Below are positions 60,921 through 64,000 of a DNA stretch of 64,000 bases, piece by piece. The position numbers and the translations under genes are program-made. The notes beneath the pieces are model-generated. The model did not search any database. It was not told the DNA's origin and was given only the letters and a program-made list of their open reading frames with translations. Position 1 is the stretch's first letter. Each line of letters begins with the position of its first letter. The stretch spans positions 1,536,001 through 1,600,000 of the forward strand of contig CAWJGT010000009.1 of NCBI GenBank assembly GCA_963842525.1. Reading direction: 5' to 3'. The DNA comes from an uncultured Holophagales bacterium (GTDB lineage: Bacteria > Acidobacteriota > Thermoanaerobaculia > Multivoradales > UBA5704).

Positions 60921-63900
60921 ATGGAACTACCGCGTCAGCCTCTCGAAGGATTCCGGCTGTCACCGCACCAGAGAGATCTTTGGCTGTGGCAGAGCAGCAG
61001 CCCTGCTACCTTCCGTTCCCAGTGCGCCATCCTGATCGAGGGTGCCGTCGACGTTGTCCGCTTGCGGGCGGCCCTGGGGCAGATCCTGGAGCGGCACGAA
61101 GCCTTACACACCACCTTTCAGCAACCCGTCTGGATGAAAGTTCCGGTACAGGTGATCAACAGAGCTGCGTCGCTCCGACCGGATCTTCAGTGGGGCAATG
61201 GGTCTCTCGACGAAGTGCAGGAGCTTCTCGCTGCGCAACGACGGATCACTTTCGACCTTGCCAGCGGCCCTCTGGTCCGTGTCTCGCTCGTGAGGCTTGG
61301 CAGCCTCGATCACCTGCTGATCCTCTCTCTGCCTTCCCTGTGCGCGGACTCCTGGTCGCTTGCGATCCTGGCCGATGGGATCGTCGACGCCTACCTCGGG
61401 CTGGAAAGGAGCACGGAAGATCCGATCCAGTACCTTCAGTACTCGGAATGGCAGAACAATCTGCTGGAGGAGAATGACAAAGAGTATGAGGAGGGGCGGG
61501 AGTTCTGGCGCCGGAAGATGGCACTGCCGGCTCTGGATCTACCGCTTGAACGAGTGGCGGTATCCGAGCACTGCCCATTGTCGTTGCGCAGGGTCACCGC
61601 GAGGGTGGAGCCGATTCTGACCGAAGCTCTCGCCGGGCTCTGCCGCCGCTCTGACATCACGTTTTCCGAATGTCTGCTCGCCTGCTGGGAGCTGCTGCTG
61701 TTCCGGCTCACCGGACAGTCCAGCATCGTTGTACGTTGCCGGTTCGACGGTAGAGACCTGGAGGAGCTGCACAAGACGGTCGGCCTCTTCTCCAAGTACC
61801 TCCCCGTAGCGGTCGACATCGGTGCCGAGTTTACGCTGCCGGAGCTGTGGCAAGACGTCAAGAGCGCAGTATCGGAGGCCCGGGACCGCCAGGAGTACTT
61901 CACGGAAGGTGGGGCGGAAGAGGAGGGTGATGCCCAGGTCTGGCCCAGCCATCCGATCCTCTTCGAATACGAGAGACGAGAACCGCCCCGAAGGATCGGC
62001 GATTTGCGGCTGTCGGTTTACGAACGATACGACTGCACTTTGCCGTTCCAGTTGAAGCTTGCGGCAATCCACTACGGTGACTGGATTGACCTGGAGTTCC
62101 ATTTTGATTCAGCAGTGTTTGCGCAGGCCACGGTCCAGCGTCTTGCTGCCTCGTTTAGAGCTGCTCTTGATGGTGTGGTCCGCGCTCCCGATCAGCTCGT
62201 CCACGACATCGAGATCCTGAGCGAGGCGGAGCGGCATCTGGTACTCTGCGAGTGGAGCCAGACGGTGAGTGCGTGTTCCCAGGGCTTCTTCCATCATTGC
62301 TTTGAAACACGCGTGCGACAGCACCCGGAAAGGTTCGCCGTCGTATCTGAAACCGCGCAACTCACCTATCGCCAGCTCGATCGACGTGCGAACCAACTCG
62401 CTCAGCATCTGCTGGCGCTCGGAAGCTCGGCCGGACCGACCGGTGGCGCTCTGCCTCGAACGCTCGGTCGAGTTGCTCGTCGCCATCCTGGGCATTCTCA
62501 AGGCTGGTGGGGCATATGTCCCATTGGATCCGTTGCAGCCGGAACGGCGCCTGCGCCTGGTCGTGGAGGATGCGCGCGCGCCGATAGTCGTGACCCAGGA
62601 GAAGCTGCGCGGAAAGTTTGCTGCAATGGACGTGGTCGCTGTTTGCTTGGACACCGACTGGCCGCAGATCGCCACCCGTAGCGCCGAGAAAGCCGAGATC
62701 GAGCTCTTCCCTGAGAACCTCGCCTATATTATTTACACCTCCGGGTCCACGGGAAGGCCGAAGGGAGTCATGATCCGTCACGAGTCCTTGTCGAGCCTGG
62801 GAGAAGCGCTAGAGCAGGCATTGGGCTGCGGGACGGAGTTGCGGCGAGTTGGGGTCAACGCCCCCGTCGTCTTTGATGCGTCGGTCAAGCAACTCCTTCA
62901 GCTCTCGCGAGGCCATACGCTCCATATCGTCCCGGACCAGGTGCGCGGGGACGGTCAGGAGCTGCGGTCCTATCTCGGCGAGCACCGGCTGGATCTCTTC
63001 GACTGCACGCCGTCGCAGCTCCGGCTCATCCTGGACTCCGCCAGCGACCTGGCCGATCTCGCACAGACTTTGTTCCTGATTGGTGGAGAACCGGTCGACA
63101 AATCCCTCTGGAACCGGCTTTCGATCCCGGGCTCTCCCCCAGCGTTCAACGTCTATGGTCCCACGGAGTGCACGGTCGATGTCACCGTGTGCCGTATTCA
63201 GCCGGAGCTGATGGAGCCTGCGATCGGTCGGCCACTCGCGAATGTCGAAGTCTATGTCCTCGATGAGAATCTGAGGCCCGTACCCATCGGAATCCCGGGC
63301 CAGCTCGCCGTCGGTGGGCGAGGCTTGGCACGCGGTTACCTCAGCAGCCCGGAGCTGACGGCCGAGAGGTTTCTACCGCATCCGTTCAGTCCAGGTGTGG
63401 GAGAGCGGCTCTATAAAACCGGCGATCTGGTCCGTCACCTTTCGCACGGGGGAATCGAATTCCTGGGGCGCATCGATCAACAGGTCAAGGTGCGCGGCTA
63501 CCGGGTCGAGCTTGGGGAGATCGAGTCTGTCTTAACCAATCATCCCGGAGTCCAGATGGGGGCGGTGCTTCTGGCGCAGCTTGCCCCGGAAGATCGACGC
63601 CTCGTGGCATATTGGGTTGCTGTGCGCGGCCAAGCCCCTGCTCCCGATGAGCTGCGGGAGCATATGCGCCGGCAGTTGCCCGAGTACATGGTACCGGGCT
63701 TGTTCGTCCAGTTGCCGGGACTGCCCCTGACCCGCAACGGCAAGGTCGACCGGCATGCGCTACCCGCTCCGGTCCTCCAGCAGCAGGAGCGCCACTTTGT
63801 CGCACCCCGGACTCAGACGGAGCAAATGCTGGCGGAGATCTGGGGCGAGGTCCTGAAGCTCGAGCGGGTTGGGGTCGAGGATGATTTCTTCGACCTCGGC

Positions 63901-64000
63901 GGACACTCGCTGCTGGCTACGCAACTGATATCGCGGGTGCGCAAGGTCTTCCGCATAGATCTCCCTCTGCGCGCTCTGTTCGAGGCGCCTCAACTGGACC
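60921..64000 (+). CDS. NRPS interface-A(Glu)-T, 3'-partial, with a +1 frameshift at ~62424 (sequencing error or pseudogene)
   Basis: The C-like domain has SLPSLCADSWS with no HH. Removing one A from GGAA at 62421-62424 restores LGARPDRPVALCLERS...KAGGAYVPLD. The shifted frame contains YTSGSTGRPKG, FDASVKQ, FDCTPS, LIGGE, NVYGPTECTVD (code DAKDLGVVDK, Glu), NGKVDR and GGHSL up to the window end. Confidence 0.88.

Overview
The whole 64 kb window lies inside one very large hybrid NRPS-PKS biosynthetic gene cluster. All genes are on the + strand, both ends are truncated, and no TE, epimerase, KR, transporter or regulator gene is visible. There are eight genes: (1) a partial NRPS ending in a glycine module whose A domain is interrupted twice, by a luciferase-like monooxygenase and by an FkbM-type methyltransferase; (2) KS-AT-ACP-C-A-T-C-A-T; (3) a ~10,300 aa NRPS-PKS built from recently duplicated modules and ending in C-TauD; (4) a cobalamin-dependent radical SAM methyltransferase; (5) interface(I)-A(Asp)-T; (6) C-A(Gly)-T-C-A(Pro)-T-C; (7) a stand-alone TauD/SyrP-like dioxygenase; (8) I-A(Glu)-T with a +1 frameshift. 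Specificity codes read by eye give this order: X - Gly(oxidised/O-methylated?) - malonyl - acidic residue (iso-linked?) - Ser - Gly - malonyl - Ala - Asx-like - Pro-like - Asx-like - Leu-like (D235N) - Pro-like variant - Ala - (beta-OH)Asp - Gly - Pro - (beta-OH)Glu. GC drops sharply near 46.4 kb. At that point sit an orphaned copy of the gene 5 N-terminus and a new sigma70-like promoter, so the cluster looks like a chimera of two related clusters. Domain boundaries are approximate, substrate calls are manual, and no database search was run.
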